Shown here piece after piece: positions 8,930 to 19,877 of a stretch of DNA of 64,000 bases. This stretch comes from Verrucomicrobiota bacterium (lineage in GTDB: Bacteria; Verrucomicrobiota; Verrucomicrobiia; Opitutales; Cerasicoccaceae), in assembly GCA_039818205.1 (NCBI GenBank), contig JBCBUK010000007.1, positions 96,001-160,000 on the forward strand. The letters are read 5' to 3'. Under the pieces are notes generated by a model. It did no database searches. It was not told the DNA's origin and saw only the letters and a list, made by a program, of their open reading frames with translations. Made by a program: the position numbers and the translations under genes. The first letter of the stretch is position 1. Each line of letters opens with the position of its first letter.

Positions 8930-9039
8930 AACAAAATATTCCGAAACAATCAGTTACTTTTCGCGCCAGATTTTGACCATTGCAACCCAATTGTGTATCG
9001 CGACACATTTCGCAACGACCAGACGGTCGAGCAATCTAA

Positions 9040-9200
9040 ATCCGCAGTGTTAAAGGCTACCGTGGCCTGCCTCAGCTAGAAATAATGGAATACAACTTAA
9101 ACTGTACGGTGCCAAAACCAAGGAAGTCCCGCGCTCCATAAAGACAAACGGCAGAAAACTAGTGGATCGACGTTTGTAACTCTTTAGAAAATGAATTGCA
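9040..9200 (+). pseudogene. Possible decayed N-terminus of a tyrosine integrase
   Basis: The frame from 9060 gives '...YGAKTKEVPRSIKTNGRKLVDRRL*LFRK*', recalling the 'K-x-RRSLKT-x-DRKLAERRL' N-terminal motif of integrases. It contains stops and lies ~110 nt from the tRNA fragment. Confidence 0.35.
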
Positions 9201-9612
9201 GACAGGTCTTCCTGTTTGGCAAGTCTTGATTTTTGAGCACGTCGCGACAGCACTTCCAGCCTCGCCAGCAACTAAATAGCCATCTCCGCTGCTGACGAAG
9301 CGAACAGACCGAACCCAATCTCGACCCACAACACCCCGGAGAACACATTCATCGGACCCGGGATTAATAACCCAGTATGCGATTCTGACCCAATACCGGT
9401 GACCTTGCCCCAACAGATCCTATCCAGCTCTACCAGATAAGGGAATTAACCCCAGCCCCTCCAAGGTCCAAACACCATTCAAAATTAAGTATTACAATTT
9501 ATTTTTTTATAAATGCTTTTACTTCCATTAAGATCAATATAATTATTCAAAACTAGTGCCCTATCACGGATCCATCCAACCAAGGCACCAAAACCCTTAG
9601 CAACCCGAAAAA

Positions 9613-12600
9613 ATGATAAAATGTTTTTTTATTGTAACATTTGTTACATCGCTAATAATGACTGCCAACGCATCGGCGAGCCAGGAGCTACCGAGACTCA
9701 ACTGGCCAACGGATTCGTCGGACACCACGAATCCGACCCCGATCACCGATAGCTGGCTCAACGTAAAGACCGACCTTACGGGTCTGGGATACTCGGCGAA
9801 TGCCGCCGGAGACGGAAGCACGGATGATACTGACGCATTGCAGGACGCGTTTAGCGAGTTATTCCAGGATACCAGAAACTCGACAGATGAGGTTCGCGTC
9901 ATCTATCTCCCAGAAGGAGACTACATCATTAAGGACACGATTGAGGTCAACTTCCCGAATGCCGGAAAAGATGCTGGAAATGTTATTGTCGGCACCGGAC
10001 GGGGAACGAAGCTCATTTGGGACGGTGCAGCTGGAGAGCCGATGATTGTCTTTAACGGTCTAAAACGAAGCCGGATCGTTGGAATCGATTTTGTCGCTAA
10101 AACAGCAACCGGCAATGCAGCCGGTGTCGGGATCGACCACCGTCCGGTCAGTCCACAATACCAAACTCACGTAACCCATGAGCACCTCGGCTTCAGCCAT
10201 TTCAGTATCGCTGGAATCCGCGGTGGCTACAACACCCTCAAAAACACTTCCGAAGTTCGGATCGTAAACTGTCTTTTTAAATACTGCCAAAAAGGCATCA
10301 GCCTACTAACCGCAAACTACTATAACTACAGCATCAACAAATGTGAGTTCATTTCCTGCCCAACCGGCATCTACGCCGAGAAGGGCAACATTTACTTGAG
10401 AAACTCCCATTTCGAGAACTCAACCGAACGAGATATTTACATAAGGCCTCAGTCGCACTCGATCCGACGCTGCACCTCAGTCGGTTCAAAAATGTTTATC
10501 GATACCGGCGTAGGGGTTTCAAATAGTTTATCCTTTGTGGTTGAAGACTGCATCATTTCCGGTTGGACCGGTGGCAATGATGATGAGGCCATCCGTGCTG
10601 TCGACCGTGGCCCCATAACTCTGCTCAATACTCAGTTTATCAACGGTCCAGTTAGCGGAAATCCGCCTGTCTTGCTTGCCAGCCCGACCTATACTCAAAC
10701 CTGCTTATTCTCCAACTGCATACCGGCAACCCAGGCGGCATTGATCGATTCGGGTGTCCACGGAAGCGTAACCGAGATTCCGGCGGGCGAGCGGGATGGA
10801 TTGGTCCCAAGCGAAAACTACAGCGGTTTTCAATCAGAAGTCTATCTGCCTGATGCCGTGATCCATGTTGTCGACGATCACGCTGGAGATATTCAGGCCG
10901 CCATCAATGAAGCAATCGCGGCCGATGAGATGTCAGTTGTATACATCCCAGCTGGAATCTACAACATCTCGAGCACGATCAATATTAACGGTGGCAATTT
11001 CTACATGCTCGGAGATGGCTTCTCTACCATCCTCAAATGGACCGGAACCAACGGGCCAACCATCGAGATTGTCGACCCCGAGAACCTCACGATTCAAGGT
11101 ATGTTGCTCCAGGAGAATGCTAACGATTATCAAATCGTTCAGACATCGAACAATGCAGTGCCAAGTTATGCCCGCTATATCGACGTTCACTGTCGCACAC
11201 GGAGTGAATTGCTAAATATGCAACTCAAGGATCTTCCACGTGAGGCAACGGTTCATGTCGAAAACGTTATCGCAAAGTTAGATGTGGATGGAAGTTCTGA
11301 AGCGAAAATTTTTGGCGACTTCAACCACGGAGGCATATTCGTCTCCGGAGCAACTCCGAAAACCGGATTCCTGGGGGTCGATCTTCAAAACGTCGCCTTA
11401 AGCCCTTACGGATCTCTTGCTATTACCTTACCCGATTACGCCGTGTCGGTTGAGGACAACCAAAACCTGACCATCGGAAATCTCTACGTTGAGCAAACGT
11501 TGAAGCACATCGAACTCGTTGGGGACACCGGGTCACTCCCTCCTGGGACAGTCCTAACACCCGGAGAGGTTACCATTTTTGGAACCAAAGCGCACTCCTT
11601 CATCTACAATAGTGTCGATATCAACAACTACAACGGTGAGCTTTTCTACGGAATGGGTAGCTACCTCTGCCACGACAACTACGATGGCGATGGTCAGGTT
11701 TACGACAGCAACTACGAGATTACCCACTCTGGAACTGAGCCCTTTGACATCATTTTTGCTGGAACCAGCTTTCTCTATGAACCTCCAGTGTTTATCGAAA
11801 ATGGATCCGGTATGTCTCAAACCTTGATCGGGAATATCGTTCCTCTTTTCAATACAAACCAAACTGGCAACAACAATATTCCGAATTCAACTGTTGCCGA
11901 CACGGGCTCAGCAAGCGCTGCCACGGCAGGATTCGACCGGATCGCACTCCTCGGTGAGTACGACCTTTATCGTGGTTCCGACATTAGTCGTCTCGCGATC
12001 TGGAATATGCAACAGGCAGTTGGAGGCGAAATCTTTGATGCCAGCGGCAAAGACAACCACGGAACGATCGTCAATGAAACCGCGATTGTAAACGACGACG
12101 AAATGGGACTCGTCGCAGAGTTTGATGGCGTCAACGACTACATCACAACCAGCATCAATCGAACATTTGAAGAGCTGACGTTTGCCGCGTGGGTGAAGGC
12201 ACCTAACGACGAAGCAAATTTCATTCTTAATGATTCAGCCAATGACTTGATTGTTTTCAAAACCCATTCCAACGGCAAAGTGTACCTCCTACTCGGTGGC
12301 CAGAAACACAATGAAAACGGCATCATCAGCCTCACCTCTATTCCCCACAATGAGTGGGCTCACATTGCCGCAACCTGGCATCACGAAGAGGGATTTAGGG
12401 TCTATATCAACGGTGTTCTAGACCGCAGCGGGAATACCAACATCGATGAGATTGCCTTCACGGATATCTTGATCGGAAAGCGTAACAACACGTTCCACTC
12501 GATCTACGAAGGCCGGATGGATGATCTCGGAATCTGGGATCGAGCTTTATCCGGAAGCGAAATCGAAGGCATCTACGAAGCATCCAATCAGTTCGGTTTC

Positions 12601-13239
12601 TGGACGATGAGCGACTATGATTCCACCAACGGCATTATTGGCGATTCAAGCCCCAAAGCCTATCACGCAACAACCCAAGGAGATATTACCGTTGTTGACG
12701 ACACCCGAGGAGCGGTTGCCTACTTGGACGGTTCTGGCGACTACATCGACACTCATATCACCAAGGAATTCACTGAGTTGACCTTTGCCTCGTGGGTGAA
12801 AGTGCCAAACACGGTCCAACACACGATTATCGGCGACACGATCAGCCTAGACAAAGTGTTCTACATAAAGAACGGGTTGCTACACCTTGCTCTTGGCGGT
12901 TGGAATGATGGACAAGATGCAATCAGGGGTATCGGATTTACTGGGACAATTCCCGTTGATGAGTGGGTGCACCTTGCAGTCACATGGCATCACCAGAACG
13001 GATTCACTTCCTACGTAAACGGTGAAGTTGTTGACACTGCGGCAACGACAAAAACCAGCATCAAGTTCGACGACATGGTAATTGGGGTTCGCCGCCCGCC
13101 TTATCCTCACAATTGGTTTGAAGGCCATATCGACGACGTCGGAATCTGGAGCAAAGAGCTGACAACCGATCAGATCAAATTGCTTGCCCAAGATGCGCTC
13201 TTCATCGACCCGACATACTCATTCATGGACCTGCGCTAA
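9613..13239 (+). CDS. Large secreted protein: two pectate-lyase-3/GH55-like beta-helix regions plus two LamG-like domains
   Basis: Signal peptide; 'AAGDGSTDDTDALQDA...IYLPEGDY'; 'DIQAAINEA...VYIPAGIY'; two 'TFA(A/S)WVK...W.H.A.TW...Y.NG...DD.GIW' repeats. Confidence 0.85.
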   Translation: MIKCFFIVTFVTSLIMTANASASQELPRLNWPTDSSDTTNPTPITDSWLNVKTDLTGLGYSANAAGDGSTDDTDALQDAFSELFQDTRNSTDEVRVIYLPEGDYIIKDTIEVNFPNAGKDAGNVIVGTGRGTKLIWDGAAGEPMIVFNGLKRSRIVGIDFVAKTATGNAAGVGIDHRPVSPQYQTHVTHEHLGFSHFSIAGIRGGYNTLKNTSEVRIVNCLFKYCQKGISLLTANYYNYSINKCEFISCPTGIYAEKGNIYLRNSHFENSTERDIYIRPQSHSIRRCTSVGSKMFIDTGVGVSNSLSFVVEDCIISGWTGGNDDEAIRAVDRGPITLLNTQFINGPVSGNPPVLLASPTYTQTCLFSNCIPATQAALIDSGVHGSVTEIPAGERDGLVPSENYSGFQSEVYLPDAVIHVVDDHAGDIQAAINEAIAADEMSVVYIPAGIYNISSTININGGNFYMLGDGFSTILKWTGTNGPTIEIVDPENLTIQGMLLQENANDYQIVQTSNNAVPSYARYIDVHCRTRSELLNMQLKDLPREATVHVENVIAKLDVDGSSEAKIFGDFNHGGIFVSGATPKTGFLGVDLQNVALSPYGSLAITLPDYAVSVEDNQNLTIGNLYVEQTLKHIELVGDTGSLPPGTVLTPGEVTIFGTKAHSFIYNSVDINNYNGELFYGMGSYLCHDNYDGDGQVYDSNYEITHSGTEPFDIIFAGTSFLYEPPVFIENGSGMSQTLIGNIVPLFNTNQTGNNNIPNSTVADTGSASAATAGFDRIALLGEYDLYRGSDISRLAIWNMQQAVGGEIFDASGKDNHGTIVNETAIVNDDEMGLVAEFDGVNDYITTSINRTFEELTFAAWVKAPNDEANFILNDSANDLIVFKTHSNGKVYLLLGGQKHNENGIISLTSIPHNEWAHIAATWHHEEGFRVYINGVLDRSGNTNIDEIAFTDILIGKRNNTFHSIYEGRMDDLGIWDRALSGSEIEGIYEASNQFGFWTMSDYDSTNGIIGDSSPKAYHATTQGDITVVDDTRGAVAYLDGSGDYIDTHITKEFTELTFASWVKVPNTVQHTIIGDTISLDKVFYIKNGLLHLALGGWNDGQDAIRGIGFTGTIPVDEWVHLAVTWHHQNGFTSYVNGEVVDTAATTKTSIKFDDMVIGVRRPPYPHNWFEGHIDDVGIWSKELTTDQIKLLAQDALFIDPTYSFMDLR

Positions 13240-13265
13240 CGCATAGGTATGCTATTCAGTTAACG

Positions 13266-13303
13266 ATGCGCCGGATTCCGCGGGGAATCCGGCGCATTTT
13301 TTT
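13266..13303 (+). terminator. Rho-independent terminator
   Basis: 14-bp stem ATGCGCCGGATTCC/GGAATCCGGCGCAT followed by a T-run. Confidence 0.9.
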
Positions 13304-13409
13304 GGTTCCAAGGTTCCCAATCAAAACTTACCAATTCGGACAGCGACATTCTCTGGTTCGCAGTCTAATGAATCCCCTTCAGCCTAAAAACCGACATTCC
13401 ACTTAGAAA

Positions 13410-13805
13410 ATGACGACACCACCGATAACCCGAATCGCAATGTATGTCCGGGACATGGAGAAGGTATCTGCGTTCTATGCGCGGCATTTCGGCTTCCAAG
13501 AACTCGGCCCAAAAGCAGAAGGAAAGATAACCTTAACCCAAGGCACTGGTGGCTGTTCAATCGTCTTGCTCCAAGCGAGCAAAGGACACAAGGCAGGACA
13601 GTCCATTGTAAAGCTGGTTTTCGATGTAGAAGATGTACCAGCGTTCAAAGAGGAGAAACAAAAAGAAGGCCTAGAATTTGGAGTTATTCATAAAGGTCCA
13701 GGATACGAATTCTCCAATGCACGAGACCCGGCAAAAAATTTGATCCAGATATCTAGCAGCTATTTGATGGACGATGCCGAATCAGTCGAATCCACCGAAG
13801 CCTAG
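13410..13805 (+). CDS. VOC/glyoxalase family protein
   Basis: 'IAMYVRDMEKVSAFYARHFGF', 'LVFDVEDV', 'RDPAKNLIQI'. Confidence 0.85.
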   Translation: MTTPPITRIAMYVRDMEKVSAFYARHFGFQELGPKAEGKITLTQGTGGCSIVLLQASKGHKAGQSIVKLVFDVEDVPAFKEEKQKEGLEFGVIHKGPGYEFSNARDPAKNLIQISSSYLMDDAESVESTEA

Positions 13806-13931
13806 GTCTCCCGTAAGGCACTGGAATGCAAAAGAAATCTGCCATTCGAAATCAAATTTTTCCGTCACACCAAACCGATGTACTCATTTTAGACTTTAAG
13901 AATTCATCTATTTACGGATATAAGCGACGCC

Positions 13932-14963
13932 ATGATTCATTTTAAAACCCTATCACCCTTGGCTATTTTTTTTGCGGTCTCGGCCGCCAGCATAGCCACC
14001 GCAAGCACGGCCGACTATCCAGAAGGCATGTATGCAGAAATTGAGACCTCGAAGGGCCTGATCGTCACCGAACTCGAATTCGAGAAAACACCATTAACGG
14101 TAGCGAACTTTGTCGGTTTGGCGGAAGGCACAAAGTCGTCCAACAAACCAGCTGGCGAGCCCTTCTACGACGGACTCACCTTTCACCGAGTGATTCCGAA
14201 TTTCATGATCCAGGGTGGTGATCCACAGGGCAACGGAATGGGCGGCCCGGGTTACAAGTTCGAAGATGAGATTGTCCCAAGCCTCAAACACTCCGGACCG
14301 GGCATTCTCTCAATGGCAAATTCGGGTCCCGCAACTAACGGTAGCCAATTTTTCATTACCCATAACGCAACCTCTTGGCTCGACGGCAAACACACCGTCT
14401 TCGGCAAAGTGATCGAGGGCCAGGATGTCGTCGATGCAATCGAGCAAGGCGACAATATTGAGACGGTGAAGATCGTTCGCGTTGGTGATGACGCAAAATC
14501 GTTCAAGACCGATCAAGCAGCTTTCGAAAAACTGGCTAATGCGATCGTCCAAGAGAAGAAGAAGGCAGCGGAAGAAGCAGCGAAAAAAGCCGAAGCTGAA
14601 ATTAACGAGAAGTGGCCAGACCTTGTAAAAACGGAATCCGGCCTCCGCTACAAAGTTCTTCGGGAACCTGAGAACAATGACAAGCCAGCGCGTGGAGCGA
14701 CAGTTTCTGCCCACTACAAGGGCACGCTCGTAAATGGGAAACTATTCGATAGCTCCTACGACCGTGGTCAGCCTATTCAATTTCCAGTGGGCACGGGTCG
14801 CGTAATCCCAGGATGGGACGAAGCGTTGATGGATATGAGCAAGGGCGAGAAGCGCTTACTGGTGATTCCGCCGAACCTGGCTTATGGACCGCGCGGTCGC
14901 CCTCCGGTAATTCCGCCAAGCGCCACCTTAGTCTTCGAAGTTGAGTTGATCGACTTCAAATAG
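13932..14963 (+). CDS. Peptidyl-prolyl isomerase, cyclophilin + FKBP fusion, exported
   Basis: Cyclophilin motifs '[15 protein letters not shown]' and '[10 protein letters not shown]'; FKBP motifs 'FDSSYDRG' and 'VIPGWDEAL'. Confidence 0.95.
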   Translation: MIHFKTLSPLAIFFAVSAASIATASTADYPEGMYAEIETSKGLIVTELEFEKTPLTVANFVGLAEGTKSSNKPAGEPFYDGLTFHRVIPNFMIQGGDPQGNGMGGPGYKFEDEIVPSLKHSGPGILSMANSGPATNGSQFFITHNATSWLDGKHTVFGKVIEGQDVVDAIEQGDNIETVKIVRVGDDAKSFKTDQAAFEKLANAIVQEKKKAAEEAAKKAEAEINEKWPDLVKTESGLRYKVLREPENNDKPARGATVSAHYKGTLVNGKLFDSSYDRGQPIQFPVGTGRVIPGWDEALMDMSKGEKRLLVIPPNLAYGPRGRPPVIPPSATLVFEVELIDFK

Positions 14964-14979
14964 CCGCCGACCAAGTTTC

Positions 14980-15009
14980 CGGGTTCCCTTTCGAGGGAAC
15001 CCGCTTTTT
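14980..15009 (+). terminator. Rho-independent terminator
   Basis: CGGGTTCCCT-TTCG-AGGGAACCCG followed by CTTTTT. Confidence 0.85.
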
Positions 15010-15101
15010 ATTCCGATCGCCTTTTCGGTGATAGCTCGATGACAACCGCCGCAGGCAGAATTCCCGGAGCCGGCCCCAATATTAAGCACCTGCGCCCGGG
15101 A

Positions 15102-16304
15102 CTACTCGCCCTTGAGATTTATGTCCTTGAAAGCCTTACGGCGAGACTCGATCACTTTCTTGATCGACTCACTATCGATTGCATCAGGGTGTTCAGCCAA
15201 AGCCTTGATATCACTGCCAAGTTCGGCCGTCTTTGTGGCAAATTCCTCTTCGGGTTCCGGTTCCGGGATTGATTCTTCCGGCACTAGTTCTTGAGGCGCT
15301 TGAATATCCTCCGCAGAATTCTCCTGGGGAATTGAAATTCGAGACTGAGAAACGGTCATTGAGGAAGTACCTGCAGCCTCCAAAGGCTCAACTTCCTGAC
15401 GCTGACTTTTTTTCGCATTCATCCGCATAAAGACGAAAGCAATCAAGCCCATTCCAATGCCAATGCCTAAAGCTACGGATGCAGCGAGCACAATTAAGGA
15501 CTCGCTACCGTTAGCACTTGAGCTTCCACCGCCAGTCTCTGGCGCCGAAGTAGACGGGAACACGACCGGATTCTCGGCAACCGGTTGGCCCTCAGCAGAC
15601 GCAGGCTGCGTTGCTGCCTGAGTCTTCGTAACCGGAACATCCATGACTTGGTCCGACAGGCCAAACGCAACATCGCGTTTGATGTCTTCTTCGGGCTGCC
15701 AAGGGTCGATAGTCGGGTAGCGCGACGGGTCACGAGCATCCTCCCAAAATTCGGCGCGGTAGGCTGTTCCCCCACGATGCGCGTCATCGAAATGATGGGT
15801 CAATAATACAGGAAACGCTTTGCGAGAATCCTCATACATTGCGTCATACCACCACGTGATTCCATAACGCTTTCCAGCCAAGATCGGCACCTCTGACGAC
15901 AGCGTGAACACTGCGTTGGTCTTTCCGCTATAGCTAACGCCACTCAAGGGAAACTCCTCCCGATGCAACACTGTCGCGTTCGAACCATTCAATTGAACGA
16001 TGGCCAAGTCGATCATCGGCGCATTGGCACCAGTCGCAAACTTTACCGGAGTCTTTGCGTCGATCCCCAGGACAATTGTGCGCAGATCGAAATCCCGCAT
16101 CGAAGTAAAAGACTGACCTTTGATCGCCTGCAAACCGCGATCCCAGACCACACTTGCGCTGCGTTCAAAGCCTTTGGAGAAATCCAAGGTGCTGATATTG
16201 TATTCATCACCAAACGGATCCTCTTTGGTAAAGGTCAGCGACCCGGCTACCAAACAATGTGTAGCGATGAAAAGAAGCAGAAACGGGGCAGTTCGGATGT
16301 TCAT
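15102..16304 (-). CDS. Hypothetical type-I membrane protein
   Basis: Probable start MNIRT; signal peptide, globular domain, P/T/S linker, one TM helix and an acidic tail. Confidence 0.7.
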   Translation of the reverse strand: MNIRTAPFLLLFIATHCLVAGSLTFTKEDPFGDEYNISTLDFSKGFERSASVVWDRGLQAIKGQSFTSMRDFDLRTIVLGIDAKTPVKFATGANAPMIDLAIVQLNGSNATVLHREEFPLSGVSYSGKTNAVFTLSSEVPILAGKRYGITWWYDAMYEDSRKAFPVLLTHHFDDAHRGGTAYRAEFWEDARDPSRYPTIDPWQPEEDIKRDVAFGLSDQVMDVPVTKTQAATQPASAEGQPVAENPVVFPSTSAPETGGGSSSANGSESLIVLAASVALGIGIGMGLIAFVFMRMNAKKSQRQEVEPLEAAGTSSMTVSQSRISIPQENSAEDIQAPQELVPEESIPEPEPEEEFATKTAELGSDIKALAEHPDAIDSESIKKVIESRRKAFKDINLKGE

Positions 16305-16568
16305 TTTAGGGAATTGATTATCAATAAGACACGACTGTTTAGACACTGTTCATCGAAGTTGCGGGTCGCAGGTCATTCAACGCCAGGAATGTCCAACTAA
16401 TCTATCGACCACGAGCCCATCAACCTAAGCATAGATCAGACCAATTAGTTCCTAAAAATACAAACTTTTCCCATCAAAGATAGGTCCTATACCTTATTTT
16501 CAGAGAAACAAAGCGATTTGGAAGAGAAAAAATCAGCCGTAGTGAGAGCATTTGGTCGATACCCGCTC

Positions 16569-18377
16569 CTATTTCGGCACGACATCGATGTAGTAAGCCC
16601 CGCGGTCAACGTTCTGGCTATCAACAAAATTTGAGAGGACACGGTAGAGTCCCGTGCCTAACTCTACAATAAACGAAATGAAGGCTGAATCGTCCTCAAC
16701 CTCGGATTCCGCCACAAAGACAATTTCGCGGTTTTGGACGTTTTCGACCGAGAGCCTGGCCGTCCGAATATCCAACCGAATGCCAGGCTCAAAGTCCGAA
16801 ACAAACGGTACGCCCGTTCGCCCCGGGATTCCCGCACGGATGGGTTGATCAATCTCTTTCGGCCAGCGTCGAAGGCGGAACTCAAACAGGCCTGCTCGTT
16901 CCACTTCAACCAAAAGGAAACCATTGTGGACTTCGCCCGCTCGGCAATGGAACTGCGCGTAGATACCGTCCCGTTCAGTGATGCTGTGCCAAGCATGGGC
17001 GGTCATGGTGACAGGCTCATCGCTCAAATAAAATGGCCAGATTTGGTCAAACGTCTGGCCGATATCAAACCACCACCGTTCGTAAACATCTTTGAGCGCT
17101 TCAACGATGTCGGGCCGCGCATTCAATAGATTGTTACGTTGGCCGGGATCGTTCTGGCTATTGGTTAGTTCTAGCGCCCCTTCGCCCCACTCGGTGCTTT
17201 GGGCCAAACGCCAATCCTCAGTCAGCACTTCGAAGTCTTTGTATTTTACCGGGTTGTCCTTTTGTTGGTTGTGGACAACAAGGCTGCGACCGCTCTCGTA
17301 AGCCGATTCATCACCGCGTAAAACACCCGCGAGCGACCAACCATCAAACTCCGGACCAGAGGCCCCCGAATCAACCGTAGACGGATCGATTTCGCAGAGG
17401 TCGAGCAGGGTTGGCAACAAATCGATATGCGCCGTCAAACGGTCAACATCCTGTTGGACGCCCAGGTTGCCCTCGGGCCAACGAATCAAACAGAGATTGC
17501 GATGGCCACCGTCATAGGCCCAACACTTTTTCCCGCGCATACCCGCATTGTAACCCGCGGTTACGTGCCCGGCCTCATCCAAGCTTGCGCCCATATCGGT
17601 TCCGTTATCGCCCATAAACAGAACGATCGTATTGTCAGCAATCCCTTTGGCCTGAAGAAATCGATCCAAACGCCCGAAGTTCTCATCGATGTTCGTGATC
17701 ATGCCGAAGAAATTCGCCCGGGCTGGCGGGAGTCCCGCCTCTAGGTATTGGCGGGTATATTTCTCATGGACGTCGTGTGGCCAATGCGGAGCATTTGTCG
17801 CTAAATAACAAAAGAACGGTTGATGCGGGTTTGCCCTAGTCTGCCGATCAATGAATCCGATCGTTTCGTCAAACCAAACGTCTGTGCAATAGCGATCGTT
17901 AAATTGCTCGGGCTGACCATTGCGCATAAAGGTCGCATTAAAGTAGTCGTTGTCCCAGTAGTCAGGCATTTCACCGATGACTCCACCGCCATGGTAAAGG
18001 GCTTCATCGAAGCCGCGGTCCTGAGGCAGATAGCGAGTCGAATCACCCATGTGCCACTTCCCAAACATGCCCGTCCGGTAGCCCGCTGATCGAAAAAAAT
18101 CAGCCATCGTTGGCAGGTCTCGGTTCAGAAAGTAGCGCCCAGAAAGCGTACTCCAAACGCCGGCTTTGGCAGAGTATTTTCCGGTCAGCAATGCGGCCCG
18201 GCTCGGCGCACACATCGGGTCGAGGTGAAAGTCGTGCATGCGCACACTTTGCGCGTACAACTCATCGAGATGGGGTGTCTTTAACCAGGGATTGCCGGTG
18301 CAGCCAAAGTCGCCGTAGCCTTGGTCATCGGTGAGGATCAACAAGACATTGGGTCGGGGTTTGGAACGATCCGCCAT
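16569..18377 (-). CDS. Arylsulfatase (S1 family, Cys-type)
   Basis: '[12 protein letters not shown]', '[11 protein letters not shown]', 'GKWHMG'. Confidence 0.93.
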   Translation of the reverse strand: MADRSKPRPNVLLILTDDQGYGDFGCTGNPWLKTPHLDELYAQSVRMHDFHLDPMCAPSRAALLTGKYSAKAGVWSTLSGRYFLNRDLPTMADFFRSAGYRTGMFGKWHMGDSTRYLPQDRGFDEALYHGGGVIGEMPDYWDNDYFNATFMRNGQPEQFNDRYCTDVWFDETIGFIDRQTRANPHQPFFCYLATNAPHWPHDVHEKYTRQYLEAGLPPARANFFGMITNIDENFGRLDRFLQAKGIADNTIVLFMGDNGTDMGASLDEAGHVTAGYNAGMRGKKCWAYDGGHRNLCLIRWPEGNLGVQQDVDRLTAHIDLLPTLLDLCEIDPSTVDSGASGPEFDGWSLAGVLRGDESAYESGRSLVVHNQQKDNPVKYKDFEVLTEDWRLAQSTEWGEGALELTNSQNDPGQRNNLLNARPDIVEALKDVYERWWFDIGQTFDQIWPFYLSDEPVTMTAHAWHSITERDGIYAQFHCRAGEVHNGFLLVEVERAGLFEFRLRRWPKEIDQPIRAGIPGRTGVPFVSDFEPGIRLDIRTARLSVENVQNREIVFVAESEVEDDSAFISFIVELGTGLYRVLSNFVDSQNVDRGAYYIDVVPK

Positions 18378-18393
18378 AAGCGTCCGAGTTCGA

Positions 18394-19788
18394 TTAATCA
18401 GCGGGCACGATCCGAATCAACTGATCCGGCGAATTGACCACCAGGTAAATGGCTCCGTCGGGCCCAGAAACGACATCGCGAATGCGTCCATGATCCTCGA
18501 GGACGATGGTATCCGATTTAACTTCGCCATCTTCGATCTCGAGCAAATGTAACTCCTCCTGACGCAATGAACCGACGAGCAAGTGATTCTTCCAACTGCT
18601 AAACGCATAGCCCTGGTAAAAATCAATTCCACTCACCGCAATCGACGGCGTCCAATAGTGCTTCGGTTGCTCCATACCCGGACGCTCAGTCTCACTCGTG
18701 ATGGGCGTACCATTGTAGTTCATCCCGTAGGTAATTACCGGCCAACCGTAGTTCTTTCCGCGCTCAATCAGATTGATCTCGTCTCCACCTCGTGGGCCAT
18801 GCTCGGACTCCCAAAGCTCGTTAGTTACCGGGTGCATCGCCAAGCCCTGTGCATTGCGGTTGCCATAGCTCCAAACCGTGGGGAACCCATCATCGCGGAA
18901 CGGATTATCCATGGGAATAGAACCGTCGGTGTTAATCCGATGGATCTTACCATTGGGACGGTTGATGTCCTGGGCTTCGTTCTGGCGGCCGCGATCACCT
19001 ATGCTGAAGAACAAGTGCCCCTCACCGTCGAAAACGATCTGCGTTCCAAAATGCTGACCCGTTGGTGAGTAAAATTTCTCGGGTGCCTCAAAAAGCGTCT
19101 CTTCTTCCCGCCATTCGTTACCTTCAACCTTCCCCCGAACAACCTTGGTTAAGCCGACTTCCTCGCCCTTGCGCTTTTGCTTATCGCTAAAGCCCAAATA
19201 AATCCATCCGTTGCTCGCGTAGTCCGGATCCACGGCGACCTCGAGCATGCCCCCCTGCCCTTTCGCAAACACTTCGGGCGTACCAACAATCGGTTTGTTT
19301 ACGGTGCCATCGGCCTCGACAATGCGAACGGTGCCCGGGCGCTCCGTCACAATATAGCGTCCGTCCGGAAGAAAATCGACACCCCAAGGAATTTTGAAAC
19401 CGCTGGCAACGGTCTCCACTCGAAACTTTTCTCCAGCGACGTTGAATACCCCCGTGGACTCCTCCGGTTTCGGTGGTGGTGCCGCGAGGGCGGCTTTTTC
19501 CTTTTCGCGGATGAAGATAACCAAAGCCCGAATCTCGGCGTCAGAAAGCACGCCCTCGAATCCAGGCATGCCTAACTCTGGTTGCCCTTTCTTCAACACC
19601 TTGGTAAGGAATTCACGGCTTCCGTCACCGCGCCATTGGCCATCGACCAAGGAGGCCCCGATCCCGCCTTTCAAATCAGCCCCGTGGCAGATCTTACAGT
19701 GCTGGTCATAGAGCTCACCAACCTTGGCACCAAATGCCGTAGAAACCACGAGAGACAACGAGATCGAGCATAGCCATTTATTAAGCAT
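18394..19788 (-). CDS. PQQ-dependent sugar dehydrogenase (GSDH family) with N-terminal cytochrome c
   Basis: CKICH heme motif; '[14 protein letters not shown]', 'YGNRNAQG', '[11 protein letters not shown]', 'GRIRDV'. Confidence 0.9.
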   Translation of the reverse strand: MLNKWLCSISLSLVVSTAFGAKVGELYDQHCKICHGADLKGGIGASLVDGQWRGDGSREFLTKVLKKGQPELGMPGFEGVLSDAEIRALVIFIREKEKAALAAPPPKPEESTGVFNVAGEKFRVETVASGFKIPWGVDFLPDGRYIVTERPGTVRIVEADGTVNKPIVGTPEVFAKGQGGMLEVAVDPDYASNGWIYLGFSDKQKRKGEEVGLTKVVRGKVEGNEWREEETLFEAPEKFYSPTGQHFGTQIVFDGEGHLFFSIGDRGRQNEAQDINRPNGKIHRINTDGSIPMDNPFRDDGFPTVWSYGNRNAQGLAMHPVTNELWESEHGPRGGDEINLIERGKNYGWPVITYGMNYNGTPITSETERPGMEQPKHYWTPSIAVSGIDFYQGYAFSSWKNHLLVGSLRQEELHLLEIEDGEVKSDTIVLEDHGRIRDVVSGPDGAIYLVVNSPDQLIRIVPAD

Positions 19789-19877
19789 AATATTTTGTAT
19801 AGTAAAAATTCACCGAACAGCAACCTTGCGTTGAGAATACCATCGCCAGGTTAGCGCAAGCGACCAAACTTGGAATT

